Source of the DNA: an uncultured Acidobacteriota bacterium
GTDB lineage: Bacteria > Acidobacteriota > Vicinamibacteria > Vicinamibacterales > SCN-69-37
DNA: 64,000 nt
Direction of reading: 5' to 3'
Assembly: GCA_963730095.1 (NCBI GenBank)
Contig: CAVSQJ010000002.1
Span: forward strand, 1,923,779-1,987,778
Both the position numbers and the translations under genes were made by a program. The notes beneath the pieces are model-generated. The model searched no databases and had not been told where the DNA came from. It worked only from the letters and a program-made list of their open reading frames with translations. Shown one piece after another: positions 38,098-49,703 of this stretch. Each line of letters opens with the position of its first letter. The first letter of the stretch is position 1.

Positions 38098-41000
38098 ATG
38101 AGACTGTCGAGACTGCACATCGCTGGATTCAAGAGCTTTCCGGATCGCGCCGAGCTCGGCTTCGACCACGGCGTGACGGCGATCGTCGGCCCCAACGGCT
38201 GCGGCAAGAGCAACGTCGTCGACGCGATTACGTGGGTGCTGGGCGAGCAGAGCGCGAAGAGCCTGCGCGGCGAGCGCATGGAAGACGTGATCTTCAGCGG
38301 CAGCGACGCGCGCAAGCCGACGGCGGCCGCGGAAGTCCGCCTCAAGTTGAGCGACGTGGCGCAGGCTGCGATGACCGACGCGACGGCGGCGCTCGCCGTG
38401 CCGCCCGACGCGCTCCTCGACGAGCGGCCGCTCGTGACGAAGGACATCGAGATCGGCCGCCGGCTGTATCGATCCGGCGAGAGCGAGTACCTGATCGACG
38501 GCGAAGTGTGCCGGCTGCGTGACATCCACGATCTGCTGATGGACTCGGGGCTCGGCGTCAAGGCATACGCCGTGATCGAGCAGGGCAAGATCGGACAGAT
38601 CCTCTCGTCGCGGCCCGGCGAGCGGCGCGCGCTGATCGAGGAAGCCGCCGGCGTCACGAAATACAAGTCGCGTCGTCGTACGGCGGAGCTGAAGCTCGAG
38701 GCCGCGCAGGGGAACCTGACGCGCATCGACGACATCATTTTCGAGGTCGAGAAACAGCGCGGCGCGCTCAGGCGGCAGGCCGCGCGCGCCCGGCGCTACA
38801 AGCGGCTGCGCGAGGAGCTGCGGCGCTGGGAGCAGGTGCAGTTCGCGCGCCGGTACGACGCGCTCGCCACCGACATCGAGCAGGCGGAGCGGCGGCTCGA
38901 GGAAGCGCGGGCGCGCGAGGCCGCGGCATCGGCGCACGTGGCCGAGCTCGAGACGGCCCTCGAGGCCGTGCGCCTGGGCTTGACCGGCGCCGAGGCCGGC
39001 GCGACCGAAGCGCGCGAGGCCGCGCACGCCCGCGAGCTCGACATCGGCCGGCGTCAGCAGCAGATCGAATTCGACAAGCAGCAGATCGACGAGCTGGCCC
39101 GTCAGGCCGAGACGCTCGCCGGTGAAATCAGCGACCTGACCGGCCGGCGCGACCCGGCGCAGCTCGCGATCGAAGCGCAGCGCGAGGCCGCGGCGCGAGC
39201 GCGGCAGGCGCTCGAGGACGCGGGCCGCGAAGTCGCGGCGCGCGAGGCCGAGTACCGCCAGGCGCTCTCGGCGGTGCAGGACGCGGAACACGAAGGCGAC
39301 GAGACGCGCGCGGCTTCGCTCGCGGCGACGACGACGCTCGGCGCGCTGCGGCAGGCGCGCGATCACGCCACTGCCGTGCGCGACCGCGTCGCGGCCGAGC
39401 GCGAGAAGCTCGACGTGGAAGGCCGCGATCTGGAACGCGAAGCCGCGCGCGCGAGTGCCGATCACACGCAGGCCGCCGAGTCGGTCACGTCGGCTCGCGA
39501 GGCGATCGCGGCGGCCGGCGCCGCTCGCGTCGCCGCCGAGGCCGCGCTCCAGGCCGAGCGCGCCGCGCGCACGCTGCTCGGCAACGCCATCGCGTCGCGC
39601 CAGCGCGACCTGGCCGGGCACGAAGCCGCGCTCGAGTCGTTCGAGCGGCTGACGGCCACCCGCGCGACGTTCGGCGACGGCGCGCGCTTCCTGCTCGCCG
39701 AGTCCGGTGACGCCGTGCGCCAGCAGGGCGCCGTGGCCGATCATCTCCAGGTCGAGCGCACGTTCGAGCGCGCCGTCGATGCTTTGCTTGGCGATCTTCT
39801 GCAGCACGTCATCGTCGAGCGCGTCGCCGACGTCGCCAATGCGCTGGCGGTCGCCTCCGAGCGCGGGGCCGGGCACTGCGGCTTCGTGGTGCTCGAGGAT
39901 CTCCCGGAACGGCCCGCGCCGCCGTCGATCCCTGTGCCCGCCGCCGCGCGCGCGCTGTCGACAGTGGTCACCGCGACCGGACCGCACGCGGCCGGGCTTG
40001 GCCGCCTCGTCGGCGAGGCGCTGATCGTGAGCTCGTTCGACGTCGCGGCGACGCTCTCGCGCTCGACGGCTGTGCCGGTGGCGACGATGGCCGGCGAAGT
40101 GTTCAGAGGCGGCGGTCTCGTCGAAGGCGGATCGCTCGCCGACGCGCGCGGCATCTTCGAGACCCGCGGCGAGACTGAGCGGCTGCGCGAACAAGTCGCA
40201 CAGGGCACCGCCGAGCTCGACCGCATGACGAGCGATGGCGCCGCGCTCGACGCCTCGCTCGCAGCCCACCAGACCGCCATCGCGGCGGCCGTCGACGAGC
40301 AGCATCGGCACGAGAAGGCCGCGGTCCTGTTCGAGGCGCAGGTCGATCGCGCGGCCGAAGAGCTCGCCCGCGCGAACCGGCGACTCGACGTCGTGCGCAC
40401 CGAGCGCGGAAGGGCGGAGGAGGAAGAGCGCGCCGCCGACAAGCGCCGCGAGGAATCGACCGCCGCGATCGCGATGCACGAGACCGCGCAGCGTGGCGCG
40501 GCCGATCGGCTGGGCGACGTCCTCGCCAGGCTTCAGCAGGCGCGCGAGGCCGCCGAGGTCCGCACGCGCGAGGTGACCGAGGCGCGCGCGGCGCAGGCGG
40601 GCCTCATCGAGCGCACGTCCGCGCTCGACACCGACGTCGTCCGCCTCGACGATGCCGCCCGCGAACTGGAGGCGCGCATCGCCGCGCGGACCGAGGAGTC
40701 CGGGCGCAACGCCGCGCGGCGCGAGGAGCTGCGCCGGTCGGTTCGCCAGACCGAAGGCCTGCTCGACGAGGACGTGCGCGTGCTCGACGTCCTCAAGCAG
40801 GAAGTGCGCGCGCTCGACGAGCGCGTCACGGCGCTGCGGACGGACTTCAGCGCGCGCGAGCACGAAATTCGCGGCGCGAGACACGCGTTCGAGGCGGTCC
40901 GCAACGAGCTCACGCAGTCGGAGGTGGCTCGCGCGACCGCGGCGTCCGACCTCGCTCATTTGACCGCCGCCTGCGTCGAAGCCGTCGGGCTTCAGCTCGA

Positions 41001-41823
41001 CGAGGTCGTCGCGGCCGTCGCGAAGATGGAGGAGGCCGGCGAGCTCGTCGCGCCCGCACGCCGCGTGGCCGCCGTCGCCGCCCCCGACGAAGACGAAGAG
41101 GAGACGTCCGGGCCGGAGGCCGGTGCGTCGTTGCCGGCCGAAGCCGCGCCGCCCGACGGCGCGCTCGACGAGTCGGGCCCGGTGAGCCCCGAGGACGTGA
41201 TCGCCGACCTGCGGCGCAAGATCGAACGCCTCGGGCCGGTCAACATGATGGCGATCGAGCAGTTCGACGAGCTCGAAACGCGCCACACGTTCCTCACCAC
41301 GCAGCGCAAGGATCTCCTCGACTCGATCGCGCAGACCGGCGAGGCGATCCGCAAGATCGACAAGACGACGCGCGAGCGCTTCGCCGAGGCGTTCGAGTCG
41401 ATCAACAAGAAGTTCGAGACGACGTTCACCACGCTCTTCGGCGGCGGCCGCGCCGGGCTCGTGCTGATCGACATCGAGAACGATCCGGAGAGCGGCATCG
41501 ACATCATCGCGCAGCCGCCCGGCAAGCGCCTCCAGAACGTCCAGCTGCTCTCGGGCGGCGAGAAGGCGCTCACCGCGATGGCGCTGATGTTCGCGATCTT
41601 CCAGCACCGCCCGAGCCCGTTCTGCCTGCTCGACGAGATCGACGCGCCGCTCGACGACGCGAACATCGGCCGGTTCGTCGAGATGCTCCAGAATATGCAG
41701 GCGCATACGCAGTTCATCCTCATCACGCACAACCGCAAGACGATGGAAATCGCCGACCGGCTGTACGGAGTGACGATGGAGGAACCGGGCGTATCGAAGC
41801 TCATTTCGCTGCAGCTCAACTAG
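38098..41823 (+). CDS. smc: chromosome partition protein Smc
   Basis: ATG at 38098 (MRLSRLHIAGFKSFPD). Walker A GPNGCGKSN, long coiled coils, a hinge, signature LSGGEKALTA and Walker B FCLLDEIDAPLD. Confidence 0.96.
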   Translation: MRLSRLHIAGFKSFPDRAELGFDHGVTAIVGPNGCGKSNVVDAITWVLGEQSAKSLRGERMEDVIFSGSDARKPTAAAEVRLKLSDVAQAAMTDATAALAVPPDALLDERPLVTKDIEIGRRLYRSGESEYLIDGEVCRLRDIHDLLMDSGLGVKAYAVIEQGKIGQILSSRPGERRALIEEAAGVTKYKSRRRTAELKLEAAQGNLTRIDDIIFEVEKQRGALRRQAARARRYKRLREELRRWEQVQFARRYDALATDIEQAERRLEEARAREAAASAHVAELETALEAVRLGLTGAEAGATEAREAAHARELDIGRRQQQIEFDKQQIDELARQAETLAGEISDLTGRRDPAQLAIEAQREAAARARQALEDAGREVAAREAEYRQALSAVQDAEHEGDETRAASLAATTTLGALRQARDHATAVRDRVAAEREKLDVEGRDLEREAARASADHTQAAESVTSAREAIAAAGAARVAAEAALQAERAARTLLGNAIASRQRDLAGHEAALESFERLTATRATFGDGARFLLAESGDAVRQQGAVADHLQVERTFERAVDALLGDLLQHVIVERVADVANALAVASERGAGHCGFVVLEDLPERPAPPSIPVPAAARALSTVVTATGPHAAGLGRLVGEALIVSSFDVAATLSRSTAVPVATMAGEVFRGGGLVEGGSLADARGIFETRGETERLREQVAQGTAELDRMTSDGAALDASLAAHQTAIAAAVDEQHRHEKAAVLFEAQVDRAAEELARANRRLDVVRTERGRAEEEERAADKRREESTAAIAMHETAQRGAADRLGDVLARLQQAREAAEVRTREVTEARAAQAGLIERTSALDTDVVRLDDAARELEARIAARTEESGRNAARREELRRSVRQTEGLLDEDVRVLDVLKQEVRALDERVTALRTDFSAREHEIRGARHAFEAVRNELTQSEVARATAASDLAHLTAACVEAVGLQLDEVVAAVAKMEEAGELVAPARRVAAVAAPDEDEEETSGPEAGASLPAEAAPPDGALDESGPVSPEDVIADLRRKIERLGPVNMMAIEQFDELETRHTFLTTQRKDLLDSIAQTGEAIRKIDKTTRERFAEAFESINKKFETTFTTLFGGGRAGLVLIDIENDPESGIDIIAQPPGKRLQNVQLLSGGEKALTAMALMFAIFQHRPSPFCLLDEIDAPLDDANIGRFVEMLQNMQAHTQFILITHNRKTMEIADRLYGVTMEEPGVSKLISLQLN

Positions 41824-41824
41824 C

Positions 41825-42176
41825 GGGCTTAAGGCTTAGGGCTTAAGGCTTAGGGCTTAAGGTGATGACCTGGGATTCCGGTTCTGAAGCGTTTGAGCGG
41901 CTTTGAGGAGACTGGCTTGGACGGCCTCGTACGTTGACGACGAGAGCGTCGGCGGCTTGAAAGGCTGACAGGCGTCGGTGATCTCTGCTCATGAGGGTCC
42001 ACTGAGCAAGCGATGTGCCGAAGGCAATTCGGGCTCTTTGTTGGGAGAGGGGCGCTCGACGTTGCAGAAACTGCCTACTCGCGAGGCCGCCTGCTTTGCA
42101 GGTTCTGCAACATCTCCGGCCACGGTTCGGAGCCCCAAGCCCCAAGCCCCAAGCCCCAAGCCTTAAGCCTTAAGCC
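41825..42176. repeat. 352-nt element: GGCTTAR heptamer arm and complementary CCCCAAG/CCTTAAG arm bracketing a ~270-nt core
   Basis: Left arm 41825-41862 reads GGCTTAA GGCTTAG x5. Right arm 42131-42176 reads AGCCCCA x4 then AGCCTTA x2. It fills the whole smc-M48 spacer. The core contains the internal inverted repeat GTTGCAGAA...TTCTGCAAC. Confidence 0.9.
41843..41992 (-). pseudogene. possible remnant of a four-helix-bundle (23S rRNA intervening-sequence protein family) gene
   Basis: The minus-strand ATG at 41990-41992 opens MSRDHRRLSAFQAADALVVNV(Y). This resembles the typical N-terminus of that family (..DHR.L.af..A..l...vY). Similarity is lost after ~22 aa. Recognised from memory, not searched. 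Confidence 0.3.
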
Positions 42177-43295
42177 ATGAACGAAACCAAAGCCTCCCGC
42201 TACCAGCGCCTGCGCCGCCGCGCGCAGTCGAGCGGCGTGGTGTCCGGCGGGCTGATGCTCGCGCTGGTGGCGCTGACCCCGGCCGCGCGCGCGATCGCTG
42301 ATTGGGCCGGCGGCTTCGGACGGACCGCCGGTGGATGGCTTGGCGGCGTCGTCTCGCTCGTCCTTTTCGTCGGCGTGCTCGTGCTGCTGTGGGAGATCGC
42401 GGCCCTGCCGTCGATGCTGTACCTGGGCCTGCGCGTGGATCGCCGGCACGGCCAGAGCGGTCCGACGCCGGGGGATGTCTTCGCGGCGCAGGCGCACGCG
42501 GCGGTCGTCGCCCTGCCGTTTGCGCTCGCGGCGGCGGCCATCGTGATGGTGTCGGCGTGGGCGGCCGGAGGGTGGTGGTGGGCGCTCGCCGGCGGGTTGC
42601 TGGCGATCGTGCTGGGCGCGGCGCTCCACGGAGCGCCCGCCGCGCTCGCGCGGTTCGCCGAGGTACGGCCCGTCTCGCGCCCCGATCTCGCCGCCTTGCT
42701 CGAGGACCTCGCCCGTCGCGCCAGCGTGCGAGTGGCGGGCATCGACGAGTGGCGCGCCGCCGACGCGGGTCCGACCACGGCGCTCGTCACCGGGTTCGGC
42801 CGCACGCGGCGCATCTTCATCTCATCGGACGTCATACGAGACTGGTCCGACACCGAGATCGCGGTCGTCGTCGCGCACGAGCTCGCGCACCACGCGCATC
42901 ATGACTTGCTGCGGACGCTCGCGCTCGACGCCCTCGTCCTCTCGTGCGGGCTGGGCGCGGCGGCGGCGGTTTTCAGTGCCGCGCCGGCTGCCGGCGCGGC
43001 GGGCGAGCTGTCGACGCTGCCGCTCCTCGCCCTCATCGCCGGCGGCGTCTGGATTGCAGCGACGCCGTTACGCCACGCGCAGTCTCGCCGGCACGAGCGG
43101 CGCGCGGACTTGTTCGCGCTCGTGACGACCGGAGGCGCCGAGGCGTTCAGCGCCGCGATTCGCCGGCTGGGCGCGCGGCACCTCGCCGAGGAGCGCCCGA
43201 CCGCCGTCACGCGGTGGCTTTTTCATCGCCATCCGACCGTTGCCGAGCGCCTCGCGATGGCCGAGGCGTACCGGCAGCTGCGCGCGCAAAGCTAG
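42177..43295 (+). CDS. M48-family zinc metallopeptidase (membrane)
   Basis: 372 aa with several TM helices, an HExxH motif (VVAHELAHHAHHD) and a downstream E (RRHERRAD). Confidence 0.85.
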   Translation: MNETKASRYQRLRRRAQSSGVVSGGLMLALVALTPAARAIADWAGGFGRTAGGWLGGVVSLVLFVGVLVLLWEIAALPSMLYLGLRVDRRHGQSGPTPGDVFAAQAHAAVVALPFALAAAAIVMVSAWAAGGWWWALAGGLLAIVLGAALHGAPAALARFAEVRPVSRPDLAALLEDLARRASVRVAGIDEWRAADAGPTTALVTGFGRTRRIFISSDVIRDWSDTEIAVVVAHELAHHAHHDLLRTLALDALVLSCGLGAAAAVFSAAPAAGAAGELSTLPLLALIAGGVWIAATPLRHAQSRRHERRADLFALVTTGGAEAFSAAIRRLGARHLAEERPTAVTRWLFHRHPTVAERLAMAEAYRQLRAQS

Positions 43296-45370
43296 GGAGT
43301 CGGGTGCTGGACGGGTAGCGCCGCGAGCGCCTGTCTCGCGGGCGCGAATTCCGGATCGATCGCGAGCGCGGCCTGCAGCTGCGACCTCGCGTCGGCGAAA
43401 CGACCGCGTTCGACGAGCAGTTGCGCCAGCTCGACGTGCCAGCCCGGCTCGGCGGCGTCCCGCGCGAGCGCCTGCGTCAGCTGGTTGATCGCCTCGTCGA
43501 TCTTGCCCTCGGACGCGAAGACGGCGGCGAGGTTGACGTGCGGCGAGGCGAGCGCGGGCGAGAGGGCGAGCGCCCGCTGGTCCTCGGCGACGGCCCGGTC
43601 CTCGTGGCCCGTCAGTGCCAGCGCCGCCCCGAGCCCGCTATGCGCCTCCGCCATGTCGGGCCGCGCCTCGACGGCCGCCTCATAGTCCGGCAGCGCGTCG
43701 GCGGCCCGGTGCTCGTTGAGCAGCGCCGCGCCAAGCCCCAGTTCCGCTTCGATCATCGACGGGTCCAGCCGCAAGGCCGTGGAGTACTCCGTCGTGGCCT
43801 CCGGGAGCCGCCCCGTGGCGGCGAGCACGTTGCCCAGATTCCCGTGCGCTTCGGCAAAGCCCGGATCGAGCTCGACCGCGGATCGGAACTCCGGCTCGGC
43901 GGCCGCCGGCCGGTTCCGGCCCGTGTCGACCAGTCCGAGGTTGTTGAAGAGCGTCGCGCGGTAGCGCGGCGACCGGCCGTCGGAGAACGCGAGCGCCTGT
44001 GAATACCCGGCGTACGCCTCATCGAGGCGGCCGAGGTCTCGAAGCGCCTCGCCCTGCTTCTCGTACGCGACGTAGTTGGCGGTCGTGACGCTCGCGGCGT
44101 GCTGCCAGAGCATCAGGCTGTCCGCCCAGTATCCGACTTGCGCGCGCGCGAGCGGCACGCACAGCGCCACGAGGACGAGCGCGGCGGCGCCCAGCGCGCG
44201 CTCGAACCTGGGCCCGGCCAACTGCGGCAGTCCCCACGCGGCCAGTACGAGCAAACCCACCATCGGCAGGTACATGTAGCGGTCCGCCGTGGCCTGCCCG
44301 CCAACCTGCACGAGGCCAGCGACCGGAGCCAGCGCCACGACGTACCAGAACCATCCGGTGACGCCCCACGGCGCGACCCGGCGCCAGCGCACGACGGCCG
44401 CGGTGATTGCCCCGAGCACGGCCGCGCCGGCGGCGACCGCCAGCCATCGAATCGGCGCCAGCGGATAGAACGGGGCCAGATTGATCGGCAACAACGTCTG
44501 CTTGAGGTAGGCCACGTATCCGTTGACCGCGTTGGCCAGACGCTCGTACCAGCGCAGGACGTCGAGGCGCGCGACCGTGCCGCCCTGGCTGAAGATCGTC
44601 ACGACGCCGACGGCTGCCGCGGCGCCGAGCAGCGGCACTTTTTCCGCGATGAGGCGAGTCCAGCCGACACCCGGGGCAGCGGGCGACGGCGTCCTCGCGA
44701 GCGGCCAGAAGTCGAGCAACAGGAGGAGGACCGGCAGCGTCACGACCATGGGCTTCGCCAGCAGCGCCAGCGCGTACATGGCGAAGACCGTGAGATAGCG
44801 AAGCACGGTCGGACGCTTGACGTAGGTCGTGTAGGCGAGGATGGCCACAAGCGCGAAGAAGGTGCTCAGCACGTCCTTGCGCTCGGACACCCAGGCCACG
44901 GACTCGACGTGAAGGGGATGTACGGCGAACACCGCGGCCACGAACGCGCTGCGCCAGAGCGTCCCGGTGAGCCGGTAGATCGCCGTGAAGAGCAGCAGCG
45001 TGTTGCCCAGGTGCAGCGCGAGGCTAGTCGCGTGATGCCAGCCGGCGTCGGCGCCGAACATCTCGACGTCCAGCATGTGGGACAAGAGCGTGAGCGGATG
45101 CCAGTTGCCGGCCACGACCGCCGTGAGCGCCCAGGACACGCTCGCGCGCGTCAGGCCGGCGAGGACGTGCGGGTTCGCCGAGACGTAGATCGGGTCGTCC
45201 CAGTTGACGAACGGAAACCCGTGGACGGGCCAGTACACCCCGAGCGTCAGGACGACCAGCGCGAGCGCGGTCAGCGCAAGGCGCGCCGGCGTCGCTCCAC
45301 GCGAGGGATCTGGCGCCGTCGGTACATTGGGTTGGGTGCGCTTACGGCCGCGCGCCTGGCGTGTGGACAT
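43292..45370 (-). CDS. membrane PMT/TMTC-like glycosyltransferase domain fused to TPR repeats
   Basis: 692 aa. The N-terminal ~420 aa are polytopic (...FVNWDDPIYV...HPLHVESVAWVSERKDVL...). The C-terminal part has ~8 TPR units. A 4-nt convergent overlap with the M48 gene. Confidence 0.8.
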   Translation of the reverse strand: MSTRQARGRKRTQPNVPTAPDPSRGATPARLALTALALVVLTLGVYWPVHGFPFVNWDDPIYVSANPHVLAGLTRASVSWALTAVVAGNWHPLTLLSHMLDVEMFGADAGWHHATSLALHLGNTLLLFTAIYRLTGTLWRSAFVAAVFAVHPLHVESVAWVSERKDVLSTFFALVAILAYTTYVKRPTVLRYLTVFAMYALALLAKPMVVTLPVLLLLLDFWPLARTPSPAAPGVGWTRLIAEKVPLLGAAAAVGVVTIFSQGGTVARLDVLRWYERLANAVNGYVAYLKQTLLPINLAPFYPLAPIRWLAVAAGAAVLGAITAAVVRWRRVAPWGVTGWFWYVVALAPVAGLVQVGGQATADRYMYLPMVGLLVLAAWGLPQLAGPRFERALGAAALVLVALCVPLARAQVGYWADSLMLWQHAASVTTANYVAYEKQGEALRDLGRLDEAYAGYSQALAFSDGRSPRYRATLFNNLGLVDTGRNRPAAAEPEFRSAVELDPGFAEAHGNLGNVLAATGRLPEATTEYSTALRLDPSMIEAELGLGAALLNEHRAADALPDYEAAVEARPDMAEAHSGLGAALALTGHEDRAVAEDQRALALSPALASPHVNLAAVFASEGKIDEAINQLTQALARDAAEPGWHVELAQLLVERGRFADARSQLQAALAIDPEFAPARQALAALPVQHPTP

Positions 45371-45381
45371 GTCGTGCCCGA

Positions 45382-45825
45382 CTACTTCCCTTCGACGATG
45401 AGCTTGCCCCGCGTCTCGCGCCGGCAGCGGGGGTCATTGGACAGATTACAGTAGATCTCGAACGTTCCCGCCTTGTCGGCCAGGAAGTCGAACATCACGG
45501 GCTTGCCCGGCTCCGCCCGCCGGCTGATTCGATAGTGGTCGTCGTCGATCGTGAAGCTGTGGGGGATGTCATCGGCGGAAAACGTGATCCGCACCATGTC
45601 GCCCTTACGGACGAGCAACTCGCCGCTATCGGAGCCCGAGACGCGGTATCCGTATTTGTGCGCGGACACGGCGAACGTCACGCGAGTCTGCGCGGCGACC
45701 ATCACCGCCCCGAGGACCACGATGCCGAACAGCGCGCCGAGCACAGCACCCGCCAGGCGGGGGCCGGTTTGGGAAGGCAGACGTACCACAGGCTCCTCCT
45801 GTTGAGTTCTGACGCGCCAGCCCAA
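45382..45825 (-). CDS. membrane-anchored cupredoxin-fold protein
   Basis: 147 aa with a TM anchor, then ...GDMVRITFSADDIPHSFTIDD...GTFEIYCNLSNDPRC.... His/Cys are spaced as in cupredoxin-like domains. Confidence 0.6.
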   Translation of the reverse strand: MGWRVRTQQEEPVVRLPSQTGPRLAGAVLGALFGIVVLGAVMVAAQTRVTFAVSAHKYGYRVSGSDSGELLVRKGDMVRITFSADDIPHSFTIDDDHYRISRRAEPGKPVMFDFLADKAGTFEIYCNLSNDPRCRRETRGKLIVEGK

Positions 45826-45857
45826 GAGCCGGCCGGCTGGGAGCCAATAGAGGTATC

Positions 45858-46026
45858 GGGAGATTGGGGATGGGAGATTGGGGATGGGAGATGGCCGATG
45901 GGAGATGGCCGATGGGAGATGGCCGATGGGAAATGGCCGATGGGAAATGGCCGATGGGAGATGGCAATCGGCAATCGTTCAATCTGCCAATTCCACCACC
46001 AATCACCAATCTCCCATCATCAATGG
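45858..46026. repeat. ~8 tandem 14-nt units (GGGAGAT+GGCCGAT type) plus short complementary arm
   Basis: GGGAGATTGGGGAT x2, GGGAGATGGCCGAT x3, GGGAAATGGCCGAT x2, then GGGAGATGGCAATC. The arm CAATCACCAATCTCCCATCATC follows at ~46001-46022. Lies between the pnp stop and the cupredoxin start. Confidence 0.9.
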
Positions 46027-46032
46027 TTATGG

Positions 46033-48253
<2,221 letters not shown>

Positions 48254-48261
48254 GAGAGAAG

Positions 48262-48293
48262 GTCAGAGATCAGAGGGCAAAGGGCAGAGGGCA
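48262..48293. repeat. CAGAGRG heptamer array in the rpsO-pnp spacer (GCCCTCT-type on the sense strand)
   Basis: GTCAGAGAT CAGAGGG CAAAGGG CAGAGGG on the plus strand. It ends 8 nt from the pnp start codon. Confidence 0.8.
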
Positions 48294-48346
48294 TCGAGCA
48301 CTCTGGCGCCCGTCCACGGCCGGCGCCCGCCGTCGTTCGGGGTTGA

Positions 48347-48613
48347 CTACTTGCGGATGCCGAGCTTGCGAATCAACTCGCCGTACCGGTCCGCATCCTT
48401 CCGCTTCAGGTAATCGAGTAACCGCCGCCGCTGTCCGACCAGCTTGAGCAGGCCGCGCCGGGAGTGGTGGTCTTTCACGTGCGTCTTGAAGTGTTCCGTC
48501 AGGTAGTTGATGCGCTCGCTCAGAAGCGCCACTTGTACTTCCGGAGAGCCCGTATCGGCCGTGTGCGTGCGGTACGTGCCGATGAGCTCACCTTTGCGTT
48601 CGTTTGTCAGCAC
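48347..48613 (-). CDS. rpsO: 30S ribosomal protein S15
   Basis: 88 aa with ...[49 protein letters not shown].... Confidence 0.96.
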   Translation of the reverse strand: MLTNERKGELIGTYRTHTADTGSPEVQVALLSERINYLTEHFKTHVKDHHSRRGLLKLVGQRRRLLDYLKRKDADRYGELIRKLGIRK

Positions 48614-48710
48614 TAAGGGCCTCCACGAACGATCCAGAGCGCGCTGGGGTGCGTGACCGGACCGCCGTCATACTGCGACCACGAAACGCCGTAGCCACAA
48701 GGTACAAATG

Positions 48711-49601
48711 TTATCCGAGTACGACAACGGGATGCAAAGCGCCTCCGCGCGAGCGGGCCAGCGCGATCAGCCGGCCGTCGGCGGCGACGATGCGCACGGG
48801 CGCTTGCGAGGTCGCTGGCGGCAGCCAGCGGCCCTCCAAATGCTCCGGGCCGAGCGGGTTGCCATGAAGGGCGCGCCGCAGCCCGGCCTCGTTCGGGCGG
48901 ACGGCTAACAAATCTGGCAGGGCGTCGGCCGGCGGCAGAACCCGGGCCACGACGTCGCGGCCAAGGCCCTCCGCCTCATCCATGGGCAGCGCCGCCGCCA
49001 CGTCGAACGTCCCGCTTTTCGTACGCCGCAGGGCGGTCAGGTGGGCCCCGCAGCCCAGCCGCTCGCCCAAGTCCCGGGCCAACGCGCGGACGTAGAACCC
49101 GGCTGACGCGGTGATGCGGATGTCCACCAGGTCACCCTCGCGCCCGGTCCGCTCGAGGGCCCGGACGGTGACCGTCACCGGCTTGAGGACGACGAGTTCT
49201 TCGCGCCGTGCCAGCTCGTACGCCTTCCGGCCGCCGATCTTCTTGGCCGAGTGGGATGGCGGCGTCTGGTCGATCGGCCCGCGAAACGCGCCGAGCGCCT
49301 CGTCAACGGCCGCATCCGCCGGGAGGCTGGACACCGGCTCCCCGATCAGCCGGCCGTCGGCATCGTCGGTGTCGGTGGCGAAGCCCAGGCGGACGGTCGC
49401 TTCGTACGTCTTGTCGCCGCCAGTGAGGTAGGACGCCAGGCGCGTCGCGCGACCGAGCACGAGCGGCAGCAGGCCCGTCGCCCGCGGATCGAGCGTGCCC
49501 GTGTGGCCGATGCTCTTCTCGCCGGTCGTCCGGCGCAGCCTGGCGACGACGTCGTGGGACGTCGGGCCGGAGGGCTTGTCGATGAGCAGGACGCCGTCCA
49601 T
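48711..49601 (-). CDS. truB: tRNA pseudouridine(55) synthase
   Basis: 296 aa starting MDGVLLIDKPSGPTSHDVV...GHTGTLDPRATGLLPLVLG, with a PUA-like C-terminus. Confidence 0.95.
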   Translation of the reverse strand: MDGVLLIDKPSGPTSHDVVARLRRTTGEKSIGHTGTLDPRATGLLPLVLGRATRLASYLTGGDKTYEATVRLGFATDTDDADGRLIGEPVSSLPADAAVDEALGAFRGPIDQTPPSHSAKKIGGRKAYELARREELVVLKPVTVTVRALERTGREGDLVDIRITASAGFYVRALARDLGERLGCGAHLTALRRTKSGTFDVAAALPMDEAEGLGRDVVARVLPPADALPDLLAVRPNEAGLRRALHGNPLGPEHLEGRWLPPATSQAPVRIVAADGRLIALARSRGGALHPVVVLG

Positions 49602-49660
49602 GGCAATGGGAGATGGGAGATGGGCAGATGGGCGATGGGCGATGGGCGATGGGCATGGGA
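49602..49660. repeat. GGGAGAT/GGGCGAT heptamer array
   Basis: GGCAAT GGGAGAT GGGAGAT GGGCAGAT GGGCGAT x3 GGGCAT. Begins immediately upstream of the truB start codon, in the nrnA-truB spacer. Confidence 0.85.
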
Positions 49661-49703
49661 TTGAGTTATTGGGCTAGTGGGCCATTGCGCAGCCCGCAGT
49701 GCC

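Noticed and set aside
38008-41730. 1240-aa ORF on the minus strand, antisense to smc.
   Set aside because: The translation is Arg/Ala/Gly/Leu-rich low-complexity sequence with no recognisable motif. It mirrors the smc frame, which is typical of stop-poor antisense frames in high-GC DNA. smc on the plus strand has all Walker, signature and hinge features.
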